Assembly: GCA_003450815.1 (NCBI GenBank)
Contig: DMES01000073.1
Coordinates: 1 to 63,854, forward strand
Length of the DNA stretch: 63,854 bases
Direction of reading: 5' to 3'
Origin: Elusimicrobiota bacterium
Lineage (GTDB): Bacteria > Elusimicrobiota > Elusimicrobia > Elusimicrobiales > UBA9959
Shown here one piece after another: positions 25,825 through 36,134 of the stretch. The notes under the pieces are model-generated. The model was not told the origin of the DNA. It searched no databases and was given only the letters and a program-made list of their open reading frames with translations. Every line of letters starts with the position of its first letter. Position 1 is the stretch's first letter. The position numbers and the translations under genes were made by a program.

Positions 25825-28090
25825 TGTTCTCTATCTTAATAATTTCCTCAAGGCGCGCGATCTCTTCATGGACGTCATTGCCGAAATCGCGGTATAACTT
25901 ATACTCGTCAATAGCGCTCCGCCACATTCGATTGTCGATGAAAATCGGTAAAAGCGAGCCTGCCTGCCAGTTCTTCTTTTCAAGTTCTTCAAGAACATTC
26001 AGGGCGGTATTGGCGCTCTTTTGCGCAAGAACGCTGTACACATACGCTCCCTGTTCAAAATATTCCAGCTTCACATAATTTTTCCAGAACTCATCAAAGA
26101 TCTTCCGCTCTCTTTCAGTCCAGTAGAATGTGTTATAAGAGGGATTTACCCTGAGGGCCTCCCGGTAATTGATCAACAGATGGGTTATCCTGTTATCGGA
26201 CAAGATCCGGCGGAAATCGGCCGGGTTTTGGGAGTTTTTCAAAAACTCCATTATCGGCTGCGCGTTTATTTCAACCGAGTAGGAAATATATTTCCTCTGA
26301 AGGTAATATGATTTTGACTCGCCGACAAATAATACCATGGCATCCGGAGGGAGATTGCGGTTCGCCCATTGGATCGCGCTATACGGAGGATTCGGATAAG
26401 TGGGCTCCGATCTTGACAGAAACTCGTCCTTAGTTTCCTTACCCGTTACATATCCGTACAAGCGCGCACTGTCCGCTATCTCGAAAGCCACGCCAAAATT
26501 CATCAGGAAAAACGCTAAAATAAAAAAATGCAGTATGGGCGCCCGCTGCGCAAAAACCGTCCATGCCCTGGCAAGAGGCACCGCCAGGCATACAAACGCG
26601 CCCAGGATATACCTGTACACCGGGGTCCCCAGATACCACAAGACATAAATCACTGAAAAACAGAGCATGGAGTAAATAATTTCCGGGCCGGGTTTTCTTA
26701 AAAAGAATATCAGCGGCAGCAGTAAAAGGAAAACGGGGCCGAGATAGGTCTGGTTCGCATTGCCGTTTATCGTCATCGTCCAAGGCGAAAGCAGAAGGTC
26801 CTTAAGATTCAGGTTAAAATGCACTCCTATCCCCGGATTGATTCCAGCCACATCCTTTACAGCCGCTACCTTTCCCAGATTTTCTCCGCCCATTATCTTC
26901 GGCAGGAACGGCTGTATGGGATTGCGGGTAAACGCGTAGTTTTTGGCGAACCAGGGTGCCATCAGCATAAAAATTATAAGGCCCCAGATGGATATTTTCT
27001 TAAACGCGTTTACCGGAGTTTCATGCCGGAACAGATATACCGCTATTGCCGCGCCGGCGCCCGCAACCATAAATACCGCGGTATATTTTGAGCCCCAGGC
27101 TATGCCCATGAAGACCGCGGAAAGCAGGAAGGCTCCCTCTTCTTTCTCTTTGAGCCATTTTAGGAATGAAAAAAAGCTTAAAGCGAAAAAGAATGATACC
27201 CCGACATCGTTGCCGCAGGTCCAGGAGTTCATCGCCACCATCGGTATGGAATAAAAGATCAGGGCGGACAAGATCCCTGTTTTTGCGTCGTAGTGCCGCT
27301 TCACGGAGAGATACATCAAAAGCAAAGTAAAAAAACCGCAGCTGAAATGAATCATTTTCGCGAGTATTTCATTCTTCAGGGCGAGAGCGAGCATATACAG
27401 CATTTGCAGGTCGGCGGGAAAATTCGAATGGCTTAAAAATCTCATCGGTGAGATTTTATGGTTCAAGAGATAATAATTCGGACAGGACAGATGATAAACA
27501 AGCGCGTCGTAAAAAACCTCCGGCATGAACGCCATTACGGCGTTCAGTACCGCTAATAATCCCGCGGTTATGATCAGCAGCCACCAGACCGGGCTCAGCT
27601 TTCCGGGCAGATCCTGCCTGAACGACGGCAGCTTTATTTTCCACAGTGACAGCAAAGCGACGGCGGCAACAGCCGCGCGAACAGGCAATTTGTAGAGAAA
27701 TCCGAGAAAACCCAGACCAAGCATCAGATAAGCCAGCAGGCCGAAGCCAAGCCCGATACTGAAAATCACATATTCCAACCCGTCTATTTTTACCTTAAAC
27801 CAGCCGAGAATTTTTTCACCCGCCCGGTATGAGATGACTATTATAGCGGCAAACCAGAGAATATTGACCAGATTCGCTGACAAAATGGACGCAAATCCCG
27901 CCGTGACGGAGAAGATGTCCGGCATATTTCTGAAAGGAAAGATAAACGGATGCCTGGAAAGATAACTGTTTCCCGCAATATAAAACCAGACAGCGGTTAT
28001 TCCCGCGACAAGCCAGAAAGGAGCCGCCAGCAGCGAGACCGGAAGCGGGACCGCATCCTGGAATTTATTTCTTTTGCTTTTGCGCGACAT
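25802..28090 (-). CDS. GT-C fold (ArnT/PMT-like) membrane glycosyltransferase
   Basis: Many TMs; YDALVYHL, GSKYT, PWFAKNYAFTRNP motifs. Confidence 0.75.
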   Translation of the reverse strand: MSRKSKRNKFQDAVPLPVSLLAAPFWLVAGITAVWFYIAGNSYLSRHPFIFPFRNMPDIFSVTAGFASILSANLVNILWFAAIIVISYRAGEKILGWFKVKIDGLEYVIFSIGLGFGLLAYLMLGLGFLGFLYKLPVRAAVAAVALLSLWKIKLPSFRQDLPGKLSPVWWLLIITAGLLAVLNAVMAFMPEVFYDALVYHLSCPNYYLLNHKISPMRFLSHSNFPADLQMLYMLALALKNEILAKMIHFSCGFFTLLLMYLSVKRHYDAKTGILSALIFYSIPMVAMNSWTCGNDVGVSFFFALSFFSFLKWLKEKEEGAFLLSAVFMGIAWGSKYTAVFMVAGAGAAIAVYLFRHETPVNAFKKISIWGLIIFMLMAPWFAKNYAFTRNPIQPFLPKIMGGENLGKVAAVKDVAGINPGIGVHFNLNLKDLLLSPWTMTINGNANQTYLGPVFLLLLPLIFFLRKPGPEIIYSMLCFSVIYVLWYLGTPVYRYILGAFVCLAVPLARAWTVFAQRAPILHFFILAFFLMNFGVAFEIADSARLYGYVTGKETKDEFLSRSEPTYPNPPYSAIQWANRNLPPDAMVLFVGESKSYYLQRKYISYSVEINAQPIMEFLKNSQNPADFRRILSDNRITHLLINYREALRVNPSYNTFYWTERERKIFDEFWKNYVKLEYFEQGAYVYSVLAQKSANTALNVLEELEKKNWQAGSLLPIFIDNRMWRSAIDEYKLYRDFGNDVHEEIARLEEIIKIENRGAESAP

Positions 28091-28135
28091 AATAAGTCCC
28101 TACTTTGACAATGAAATGGTTTTTCCAAATAGCCT

Positions 28136-29281
28136 TTATACGGGAGAAGCAGCCTTCAGCGCGGCATCAGCTATTTTAGGCGCGGCTCCGCTCCAGGTAT
28201 ATTTTGCAACCGTAAGCGAGCCTTGCCGTGCCAGTTTGGCCGTTAAGCCCGGATCCTCAAGCAGCCGGATTATTTTTTTCGCCATATCACCGGCTGAACC
28301 CGGCTGAAAAAACAGTATGTCGCGCCCGTCTTTAGCTATTTCGGCTATTCCTTCAAGCCGTGAGGACACGACCGCCAGCCCCCCTGCCCAATATTCGTAG
28401 ATTTTGAGCGTGGTCACTATGCGGTTCGGCAGTTCGTCCTGCCTTGGAATTACTCCGATAGCCGCTCTGGCGAGATACTTCCGCGCCTCATCGCATGGGA
28501 GGTAATCCGTGAAAACGCAAACGCCGCGAACCCCCAGCTTTTCGGAAAGCTTAATAACGTTTTCAAGTTCCCGGCCACCGCCGACTATCAGGAACCTGGC
28601 CTCCGGATGTGCCGCCGCCACAAGCGGTATGGCCGAAATAAAAAGCTCTACCCCCTGCTGCCTGTCAACCGTGCCCAGATGAAGCACGGCTTTTTCGCTG
28701 CCGGCTTCTTTTTCACTCGCTATTTTGTCTATTTCAGCCGCGTCATAGACCACATCTATCTTAGAGGCGGCGATGCCATTTTTTATCAGGAGTTCTTTCA
28801 TGGCCCTGGTGACCACAATAATGCGGTCGGCATTGTTTATTATCCAGTACTCCACAAATAAAATCAGCGGGGTGAGAAGCTTTTCCACGATATTGCGCCG
28901 GGCAGCGGCAAGGTATTCGGCGTGAATGTCGGTGATGTCCAAGACGAACTTGAAACTATAAAAACGCCGCAAAAAAGGCAGGGTGGCGGCCGCGATGGTG
29001 TTGTGGACAAAGAACATCTCGGTAGCACCTGCGAACTGCAGGAACTTTCTGAACAGCCGGACATTAAATTTAATGGAGGAAAGTATCTGCGACCGCTGTT
29101 TGCGGGGGGCGTGAAGCCAATGGAGTTTTATCCCGCTCAGTTCGCCTACTCCGTCGGCCGGCGCTATCAGCGTTACTTCGTGGCCGCGCTTTTTGAATTC
29201 TTCGGCGCATTTCAGAGTCCTGAGAGCGCCGCCGCCCTTTATGGGACACAGAGAGTCGTGGGTGGAAACTATTATTTTCAT
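28136..29281 (-). CDS. GT4 family glycosyltransferase
   Basis: LKIYEYWAGGLAVVSS, FLIVGGG; GT-B size. Confidence 0.9.
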   Translation of the reverse strand: MKIIVSTHDSLCPIKGGGALRTLKCAEEFKKRGHEVTLIAPADGVGELSGIKLHWLHAPRKQRSQILSSIKFNVRLFRKFLQFAGATEMFFVHNTIAAATLPFLRRFYSFKFVLDITDIHAEYLAAARRNIVEKLLTPLILFVEYWIINNADRIIVVTRAMKELLIKNGIAASKIDVVYDAAEIDKIASEKEAGSEKAVLHLGTVDRQQGVELFISAIPLVAAAHPEARFLIVGGGRELENVIKLSEKLGVRGVCVFTDYLPCDEARKYLARAAIGVIPRQDELPNRIVTTLKIYEYWAGGLAVVSSRLEGIAEIAKDGRDILFFQPGSAGDMAKKIIRLLEDPGLTAKLARQGSLTVAKYTWSGAAPKIADAALKAASPV

Positions 29282-30801
29282 TTTTTAGACAGTAAAAACT
29301 CCTCCTCAACAAGGCTGCGGAGCTGTCCGAAAATAAATTTCGGGCCCAGCCCGCGCAGAATACGGAAAAAATAGCGGCTCTGCCTGAAAAGCCAGGCCGG
29401 CGAGACCAGCCGGTTGAAAAGCCAGCGTTTGATGGCCCCGGCGCGCAGCGTTTCCACGGTTTCAAGGTCAATGCGGGGATGTTTCACCACGTCGCTCGCC
29501 TTGCCGTCGTATTTTTCCCAGTCCATGGTTTTTAAAAGTTTTTCAGCTTCCGCCTTTTTAAAGAAACGCGTGCCGGGAAAAGGGGTGCAGATGCTTACCT
29601 GTATGCTGTCCGCATTGAAGCTCTCAAGAAATTTCAGCGTCTCCCGCAGACTCTCAATATCGTCTTCCGGCAGGCCGAGAGAGAATGTGGCATGGGTCTT
29701 TATCCCGCTTTCACCGCACCAGCGGACCGTTTCCCGTATTCTGTCCAGGTCCAGCGGCTTGCCCACATGCTCCAACATTCTTCTGCTGCCGCTTTCCACA
29801 CCGAACTTTATTCCCACACAGCCGCTGGCGGCCATTTTTTTAACCAGCTCCCGGTTGAGGTTTATCGCGTCGCCCATGCAGGACCACTTGATGTCCAGGC
29901 CGCGCCTGATTATCTCTCCGGCTATGGCTTCAACCTGGGCGGGGTTTATTGTAAAATCGTCGTCGTCAAAATAAATTTCTCTGGCCTTGTAGCGGCTCTT
30001 CAGCTCCACCATGCCGTCCACCACCCGCGAGGCGGGAAAGGTTCTGTACCTGCCGTTCGCGTACATAACCTGATTCCAGAGGCAGAAATCGCATTTGTAA
30101 GGACAGCCTCTTGAGGCGTGCATCTGCAGGGCCGGCCGGTGCTGGCAGAAGCCATCCCAGTAAACCGCTGGCTCGGGCCGCCATGAGGAGGGGAACATGT
30201 CATATGCCGGAGCCGGCAGCCGGTCCAAAGGATCTATCAATCCCCCTGGCCCGGAGAATTTCACGGAACCGCCGGCTTCACGATAGACAATGCCTTTAAC
30301 GCCTTCCACCGGCAGCTTGTCCCTGAGCGCTTTAGCCAGCTCCACCAGGCTCTCTTCATATTCTCCTATTACGATAAAATCTATTTCAGGGTTCTCTTTA
30401 AGTATCTCAACTGGATAAACGCTGCTGTGCGGGCCTCCAAGTATGATGCGAGCGCCGCTCAACCGCTGTTTTAAGCGCCTGACAAAGTCCAGATCCTGAT
30501 TTATGGTGGGGGTGGCCGTTTCAAAAAAAAGGAGATCTGGTTTTTCCTCTTCAATCCTGGCAAGAAGCTGCTCAAGCGGCAGATTCATGGCGACGCAATC
30601 GCAGGTTGCCGTTTCAAAGCCCTCTTTTTTTAACCACGCAGCCGCATAAGCAAGAAAAAAAGGAAAAGGCAGATAATGCGGCAGCGTGCCCTTGCGTTTT
30701 ATACCGGAATGCGGCCAGCGTGAGCCGGCGCGTATAAAATATTTCTCATACCGGGAATCCAGCGGAGTAGTATAAAGCGGATTAAAAATAAATATTTTCA
30801 T
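29278..30801 (-). CDS. B12-binding radical SAM enzyme (HpnJ-like N-terminus)
   Basis: RAGSRWPH..YLPFPFFLAYAAA; GGPH; GEYE; SRGCPYKCDFC; FDDDDF. Confidence 0.88.
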   Translation of the reverse strand: MKIFIFNPLYTTPLDSRYEKYFIRAGSRWPHSGIKRKGTLPHYLPFPFFLAYAAAWLKKEGFETATCDCVAMNLPLEQLLARIEEEKPDLLFFETATPTINQDLDFVRRLKQRLSGARIILGGPHSSVYPVEILKENPEIDFIVIGEYEESLVELAKALRDKLPVEGVKGIVYREAGGSVKFSGPGGLIDPLDRLPAPAYDMFPSSWRPEPAVYWDGFCQHRPALQMHASRGCPYKCDFCLWNQVMYANGRYRTFPASRVVDGMVELKSRYKAREIYFDDDDFTINPAQVEAIAGEIIRRGLDIKWSCMGDAINLNRELVKKMAASGCVGIKFGVESGSRRMLEHVGKPLDLDRIRETVRWCGESGIKTHATFSLGLPEDDIESLRETLKFLESFNADSIQVSICTPFPGTRFFKKAEAEKLLKTMDWEKYDGKASDVVKHPRIDLETVETLRAGAIKRWLFNRLVSPAWLFRQSRYFFRILRGLGPKFIFGQLRSLVEEEFLLSKK

Positions 30802-30843
30802 TAAAAATTTTTGCCGTAAAAATTTTTCCAACAGCAATTTGCG

Positions 30844-32253
30844 CTAAGTCATTTTCCTGATATTCCACCCCAGCTTAATCATTTCAAAAATATTCATTCC
30901 TCTGCTTACCCTGTACGCGTCGAACAAGCCGTAATCGCTGAGCAGTTTGAATACCGGGTTCGCCGGCAGTTTTATAAGCGCTTTAATGAGCGGAATCAGC
31001 GCGGGGAACCTTACGCCGTAAAACGCGATCTTGTGAAGGTTCAGTATTTCAGCTTTATTCTCAAACTTTATGCGGCTGTAATATGAATAGTGCGAGGAAA
31101 TGCGTTCCGGGCTTTTTTCAAACAAATCGTTCCGTTCAACATAGTTATAAAGCTCAGTGCCGGTAATAGGCCAGTATATAGCCGGCGCCAGCCTGTCCGC
31201 GCCTATCTCGGCGCAAAATTCCATGGTCCGCAGGCTGTCGGAAAGCGTTTCTGTGGGGAGGCCGAACATGACATAGGCGATGAACTTCAAGTCGTATTTC
31301 TTTAAAAGCCGCGACACTTCCAGAATTTTCCGGTCCGTTATATTTTTACTCAAGATCTGGTTTCTCAATCTTTCGCTCCCGCTTTCCACTCCTATCGCGA
31401 GATACAGGCAGCCGCTTTCCTTCAGCGTTTTTATTTTCTCCTCGTTCAGCTCGTTGAAATTAGCCTGGCAGAAGAACGGCAGCCCCACTTCTTTTTTATA
31501 AACCTCCAGAAATCTGACCAGCTCCGGATTCAAAGTAAATGTGTCAGCGCTGAATGAGATAGTTTTAAGCCCGTACTTGTTTTTAACCTCCACTATCTCT
31601 TTAACCACATTTTCGGCGCTGCGGAACCGGACAAATTGCCCCTTGCCCTTGTACATTTCAAGAAGTTTATGATTGTGGCAGAAAGAGCATGAATATGGAC
31701 AGCCCCGCCCGACCAAAAACCGCTTATTGGATAATCCACGCAATGTCGCGGAGCACGAATAGTAAATATCCCTGTCCAGAAAAGGCAGCTCATCCAGCTT
31801 CTGGAACACGGGCCTTAGTTCGTTTTTGCAGATCCCTTTTTCAGTTTTTACCCACAGGTTTTTTATAGCGGAAATATCCCGCCCCGCATCAATGCTATCG
31901 GCGAGTTCGCATAAAGCCTCTTCGCCTTCGCCCACGCAGACTATATCAACTCCCGGTGTTTCTATGAAAGAGGGGTAATAAGTGGGATGCGCTCCTCCGA
32001 AAACGCTGAGGATCTTTCTTCTGCTCTTAATGTAAACGGCCGCGTCAACAGCCCATTGGTAGTTCATGGATGTGACGGAAAACGCAAGCAGCTGCGGGGC
32101 CGCCTTTTCCACCTCCGCATATATCTCCTCTTTTTGCCTGCCTTCACAGACTAAAAGCTCCACCTTATGGCCTTTTGACTTTGCATAAGCTGATAATGAC
32201 TGGATGCCGTGATATTCAAAAAACGCATCCTGTAAAAAGAGTATTTTTGCCAT
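30844..32253 (-). CDS. B12-binding radical SAM enzyme
   Basis: GGAHPT, GEGE, GRGCPYSCSFC, GVESGS. Confidence 0.9.
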   Translation of the reverse strand: MAKILFLQDAFFEYHGIQSLSAYAKSKGHKVELLVCEGRQKEEIYAEVEKAAPQLLAFSVTSMNYQWAVDAAVYIKSRRKILSVFGGAHPTYYPSFIETPGVDIVCVGEGEEALCELADSIDAGRDISAIKNLWVKTEKGICKNELRPVFQKLDELPFLDRDIYYSCSATLRGLSNKRFLVGRGCPYSCSFCHNHKLLEMYKGKGQFVRFRSAENVVKEIVEVKNKYGLKTISFSADTFTLNPELVRFLEVYKKEVGLPFFCQANFNELNEEKIKTLKESGCLYLAIGVESGSERLRNQILSKNITDRKILEVSRLLKKYDLKFIAYVMFGLPTETLSDSLRTMEFCAEIGADRLAPAIYWPITGTELYNYVERNDLFEKSPERISSHYSYYSRIKFENKAEILNLHKIAFYGVRFPALIPLIKALIKLPANPVFKLLSDYGLFDAYRVSRGMNIFEMIKLGWNIRKMT

Positions 32254-32274
32254 TTTGTATATAACTGCTTAGGG

Positions 32275-32356
32275 AGACAGAAGTTAGAATTCAGAATTTA
32301 GAATAGTGAACTCCGATGTAATCCGCATTCCAACTTCTAAATTCTGACTTCTGTCT
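32275..32356. repeat. 7-mer tandem/inverted repeat insert
   Basis: AAGTTAG AATTCAG AATTTAG pairs with CCAACTT CTAAATT CTGACTT. Confidence 0.8.
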
Positions 32357-32369
32357 ACTGTGTAGTTTA

Positions 32370-33437
32370 TCACGAAAGCCATGTTTTTATCAGTCCCGTA
32401 TTTTGTGCCGCCCAGCCGCAGATGTCGCCCATTATCGCGCTAACGCCGCGGCTGGGCCGCCAGCCCCAGTTCTTAAGAGCCAGGGCGGAGTCCGTGACAT
32501 AATAGGGAACATCGTAAGGACGCGTTCCGCTGATCATTTGGGGATTGAATTTTCTGCCGAAGAAATCCGAGCAGAAATTGTTTATTTCCCTGAGTGACAT
32601 GGCGCCGGGGTTACCGCCCCCGGCATTGATTATTTTAGGCGCCTTGCGGCCCGGATGCCTGATCTGCCTTAGCATCAGTTCCGCGATATCTTCGGCGGAC
32701 ACAATATCACGCACCTGCCTGCCGCCGAAACCTATATATTTCGGAGGCCGGCCAAGCGCGCAGGAATAGGCCCAGAAAGAGAATATGCCCTGATCCGCCT
32801 TGCCGAACTGACCAGGCCCGCCTATTACTCCGCAGCGGTCTATCCATAGCGGAAAGGAAAAGGCGTTGGCGTATTCCAGCGCCATTATTTCAGAGGCAAG
32901 TTTTGTGGCGCCATAGATGGAAAGCGGCGGTTCTGTGGAAAAGTCCTCGGCAACACCAGCTTTGGAAAAACCTTTTACCCGCCCCGTAACCACCGGTTCA
33001 AAACGGGAGGCGCCGGTTTTTAACTTCAGCGAGAGCAGCGCGTTTATGGAATACACCCGGCTGGTGCTCAAAAGGATAAAGCCGCTCTTGCGGCTTCTGG
33101 AGTATTCGAGCATATTTATAGTTCCGGAGAGGTTGTGCCCTATAAGCTGCCTGGTAGACGCGGCGTTGTGCGCGTCCGTTCCCGCGAGCACCGACGGATT
33201 AGCCGCGCAGTCTATCACCCAATCGGCCGAAGGCAAAGCCTCCACATCCGGCACGGAGCGGACGTCTCCGTGATAAAATTTCACTCCCATCTTTTTAAGC
33301 GGCTCAATACTGGTTTCGGAACCGCGCCGCGACAGGTTGTCTATGCCGAACACCTCAATGCCAGCCGCGGATTTTTTAAACCACGCCGCCGTCCGTGACC
33401 CCACATAGCCGCAGATCCCGGTAATAAGCACTTTCAT
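32370..33437 (-). CDS. NAD-dependent epimerase/dehydratase (CDP-paratose 2-epimerase-like)
   Basis: [30 protein letters not shown]. Confidence 0.85.
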   Translation of the reverse strand: MKVLITGICGYVGSRTAAWFKKSAAGIEVFGIDNLSRRGSETSIEPLKKMGVKFYHGDVRSVPDVEALPSADWVIDCAANPSVLAGTDAHNAASTRQLIGHNLSGTINMLEYSRSRKSGFILLSTSRVYSINALLSLKLKTGASRFEPVVTGRVKGFSKAGVAEDFSTEPPLSIYGATKLASEIMALEYANAFSFPLWIDRCGVIGGPGQFGKADQGIFSFWAYSCALGRPPKYIGFGGRQVRDIVSAEDIAELMLRQIRHPGRKAPKIINAGGGNPGAMSLREINNFCSDFFGRKFNPQMISGTRPYDVPYYVTDSALALKNWGWRPSRGVSAIMGDICGWAAQNTGLIKTWLS

Positions 33438-34486
33438 ATTTTAGTCCTTACTTTCCAGGCCTGTACTACTTCCTCAAAGATCTTAGGCAAAGGCACCGTG
33501 ATGTCCCAGCCGGGATAGTGCGCGCGCATCTTTGAAAGATCTGAGATGTAGCAGATATGGTCGCCCTCGCGGTTTTTGTCCACATATTCGTATTTCATTT
33601 TTTTGCCGGTTAAGCTCTCGGCTATGGAGAAAGCTTCAAGGATGGAACATGAGTTGCCGCGCCCTCCGCCCAGATTATAAACTTCCGCAATCCTCGGCTT
33701 TTCAATAAAAAACTCTATGAACCGGGCCACATCCGCGGAGTGTATATTATCCCTGACTTGTTTGCCCTTGTAGCCGTATATCCTGTAAAGACGCCCTTCA
33801 AGGTTGGCTTTTACGAGGTAGCTTAGGAAGCCATGCAGTTCCACGCCAGAATGGTTGGGCCCGGTGAGGCAGCCGCCCCGCAGACAGCAGGTCTTTATGC
33901 CGAAGTACCTGCCGTATTCCTGCACCATCAGGTCGGCCGCCGCTTTGGACGCCCCAAAAATGGAATGCTTGGACTGGTCAATTTGGAAATCTTCAGCTAT
34001 GCCGCCCTTGAATTTCTCATCGGCGTAATCCCATCTTGTTTCAAGTTCCGCGAGTTTTATTCTGTTGGGGGCGTCTCCGTAGACCTTGTTCGTGGACATA
34101 TAGACGAACACGCCTTCGGGAATGTGTCTCCTTGTCGCCTCCAGCAGGTTCAACGTTCCAACAGCGTTCACATCAAAATCGTCAAAAGGCCTGGAAGCGG
34201 CCAGGTCATGGCTAGGCTGGGCCGCGGTATGTATTATGGAATCGGGTTTTAATCCGCCTATATAAGCCAGTATGGATTCTCGGTCGCGTATATCAATGCT
34301 GGAGTGCTTAAAATTAGGATAACGGGCTGTAAGTTCCTTGCGCCTCCAGCTGGTATCCCCTTCAGGCCCGAAAAAATCGGCGCGCATATTGTTGTCAATG
34401 CCGTAGACTTCATGGCTTTTTTCCGCGAAATGGGAAACCACTTCGCTGCCTATCAGACCGCTTGAACCAGTAACAAGTATTTTCAT
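33434..34486 (-). CDS. NAD-dependent epimerase/dehydratase (CDP-paratose 2-epimerase-like)
   Basis: [41 protein letters not shown]. Confidence 0.88.
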   Translation of the reverse strand: MKILVTGSSGLIGSEVVSHFAEKSHEVYGIDNNMRADFFGPEGDTSWRRKELTARYPNFKHSSIDIRDRESILAYIGGLKPDSIIHTAAQPSHDLAASRPFDDFDVNAVGTLNLLEATRRHIPEGVFVYMSTNKVYGDAPNRIKLAELETRWDYADEKFKGGIAEDFQIDQSKHSIFGASKAAADLMVQEYGRYFGIKTCCLRGGCLTGPNHSGVELHGFLSYLVKANLEGRLYRIYGYKGKQVRDNIHSADVARFIEFFIEKPRIAEVYNLGGGRGNSCSILEAFSIAESLTGKKMKYEYVDKNREGDHICYISDLSKMRAHYPGWDITVPLPKIFEEVVQAWKVRTKI

Positions 34487-34556
34487 AAATTCCTTTATTT
34501 GCCAGGGAATTGCTGTTGCAATCGTCGCTTCAGACGGCTCTCAACACAATTCCAGA

Positions 34557-36005
34557 TCAGCCCATTCTGCTGTATTCCTCATTGATGTAGCGTCCCAGCT
34601 CAGCCAGGCTTTTTTCCCTTGCCAGCACACGCAGGTAACGGAGTATATACACGGGATTTTTCAGTGTGAAAAGCGCGACATCAAGAAGGAACCGCGCGTC
34701 CAGAAGATAGTCCTGCCAGATATTTTTAAGGTTCTCTTCCCAAAGTTTTTTGCGCATTTCCACAAGTTCTTCTGGTTTGAAATTTATAGACATTATGGGT
34801 TTTTTGGATTCCCTGCCATAGAATGCTTCGCCCGGTATCAGCCAGTTATTCTGCGTCGCCATATCATGCAGCTCCGTGCCGGGGTACGGGGTAAGTATAA
34901 AAAATTCGGTGCAATCCGCATCTATTTCGCGGGCAAGCATTCTTGTCTGTTCTATATCCTCCTGAGTTTCCCCTGGACTTCCGATGATAAAATTGGCCAT
35001 GTCGCGTATGCCTAACTTTTTACAGAGCTTAAATGTTTCCCTGATTTGTTCCACAGTTTGGTGTTTCTTGAGCGCGTTAAGGACCTTCTGTGAGCCGCTT
35101 TCAACGCCGAATTCTATTTGCAGGCAGCCGGCCGCCACCATGGCTTTCAGCATTTCTTCGTCAAGCGTTTCTATCCTGCCCTGACAGGCCCAGGAAATAC
35201 CGGGGCATTCCTTTTTCAGGATGGCGCACATTTCAATCAGCCAGTCTTTCTTTATGGTAAGCGTGTCGTCGGCGAACAGGACGGCTTCAAGTCCATAGGC
35301 GGCCCTAAGTTCTTTTATCTCGGCCACCACGTTCGCCGGAGAGCGGAAGCGTACTTTTCTGCCGAATATTTTATGGCTGGAACAGAATATGCACTGATAT
35401 GGGCAGCCACGTGTGGCTATCAGAGTGGTGGCTTTCACCCATTGACCACGTATAAGGCTGAGCCGCTTGGTGTACCATTTGATATTCAAAAGGTGGCGCG
35501 AGGGGAATGACAAAGCGTCCAGGTCGGTTATCAGCTCGCGGGCAGGGGTAATGACGGGAACTCCGTCTTTTTTAAACCCTATGCCGCGCACTCCCGAGAG
35601 TGAACCGCCGGAGCGGATAGCGTCAAACAATTCAGGTGCGGTTTCTTCGCCTTCTCCATAAACGACCACATCCACCGACGGCTCTGAAATCAGCCTTTCG
35701 GGAATAAGGGTAGGGTGTACGCCTCCGGCAATAACTTTAACAGAAGGGTCGAGCTTTTTGCACAGACCGGCGTAATAAAGGAGCTTATTTTCCTGGGCGG
35801 TTAGGCAGGTTATGCCTACCGCAAAAGCGTTCTGCTCTTTGAAAAAAGAGACGAACTCCGCCTCGTTGTCGCCATGCACCGGGTCGTACAAAGATACCGT
35901 ATAGCCTTTTTCCTCAAGCCTTTTAGCCACATACAAAAGGCCAAGCGGGGGCTGGGGCCTGTAATCTACGCGGGGGTTTATAAGGAGTATTTTTTTGTCG
36001 TTCAT
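34557..36005 (-). CDS. B12-binding radical SAM enzyme (class B methyltransferase-like)
   Basis: PPLGLLY, GGVHPT, GEGE, TRGCPYQCIFC, FADD, GVESGS. Confidence 0.9.
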   Translation of the reverse strand: MNDKKILLINPRVDYRPQPPLGLLYVAKRLEEKGYTVSLYDPVHGDNEAEFVSFFKEQNAFAVGITCLTAQENKLLYYAGLCKKLDPSVKVIAGGVHPTLIPERLISEPSVDVVVYGEGEETAPELFDAIRSGGSLSGVRGIGFKKDGVPVITPARELITDLDALSFPSRHLLNIKWYTKRLSLIRGQWVKATTLIATRGCPYQCIFCSSHKIFGRKVRFRSPANVVAEIKELRAAYGLEAVLFADDTLTIKKDWLIEMCAILKKECPGISWACQGRIETLDEEMLKAMVAAGCLQIEFGVESGSQKVLNALKKHQTVEQIRETFKLCKKLGIRDMANFIIGSPGETQEDIEQTRMLAREIDADCTEFFILTPYPGTELHDMATQNNWLIPGEAFYGRESKKPIMSINFKPEELVEMRKKLWEENLKNIWQDYLLDARFLLDVALFTLKNPVYILRYLRVLAREKSLAELGRYINEEYSRMG

Positions 36006-36134
36006 ATCGCCGGGATCACTTTGTTGAAAATATTTTTAACCGCGCACACTTCCGCCGTACGGAAACTATTCTAACAAATTGCGCGGCGACAATAAACCGG
36101 CGGAAACCCGCGTTTTTATTGTATTATAAAACCT

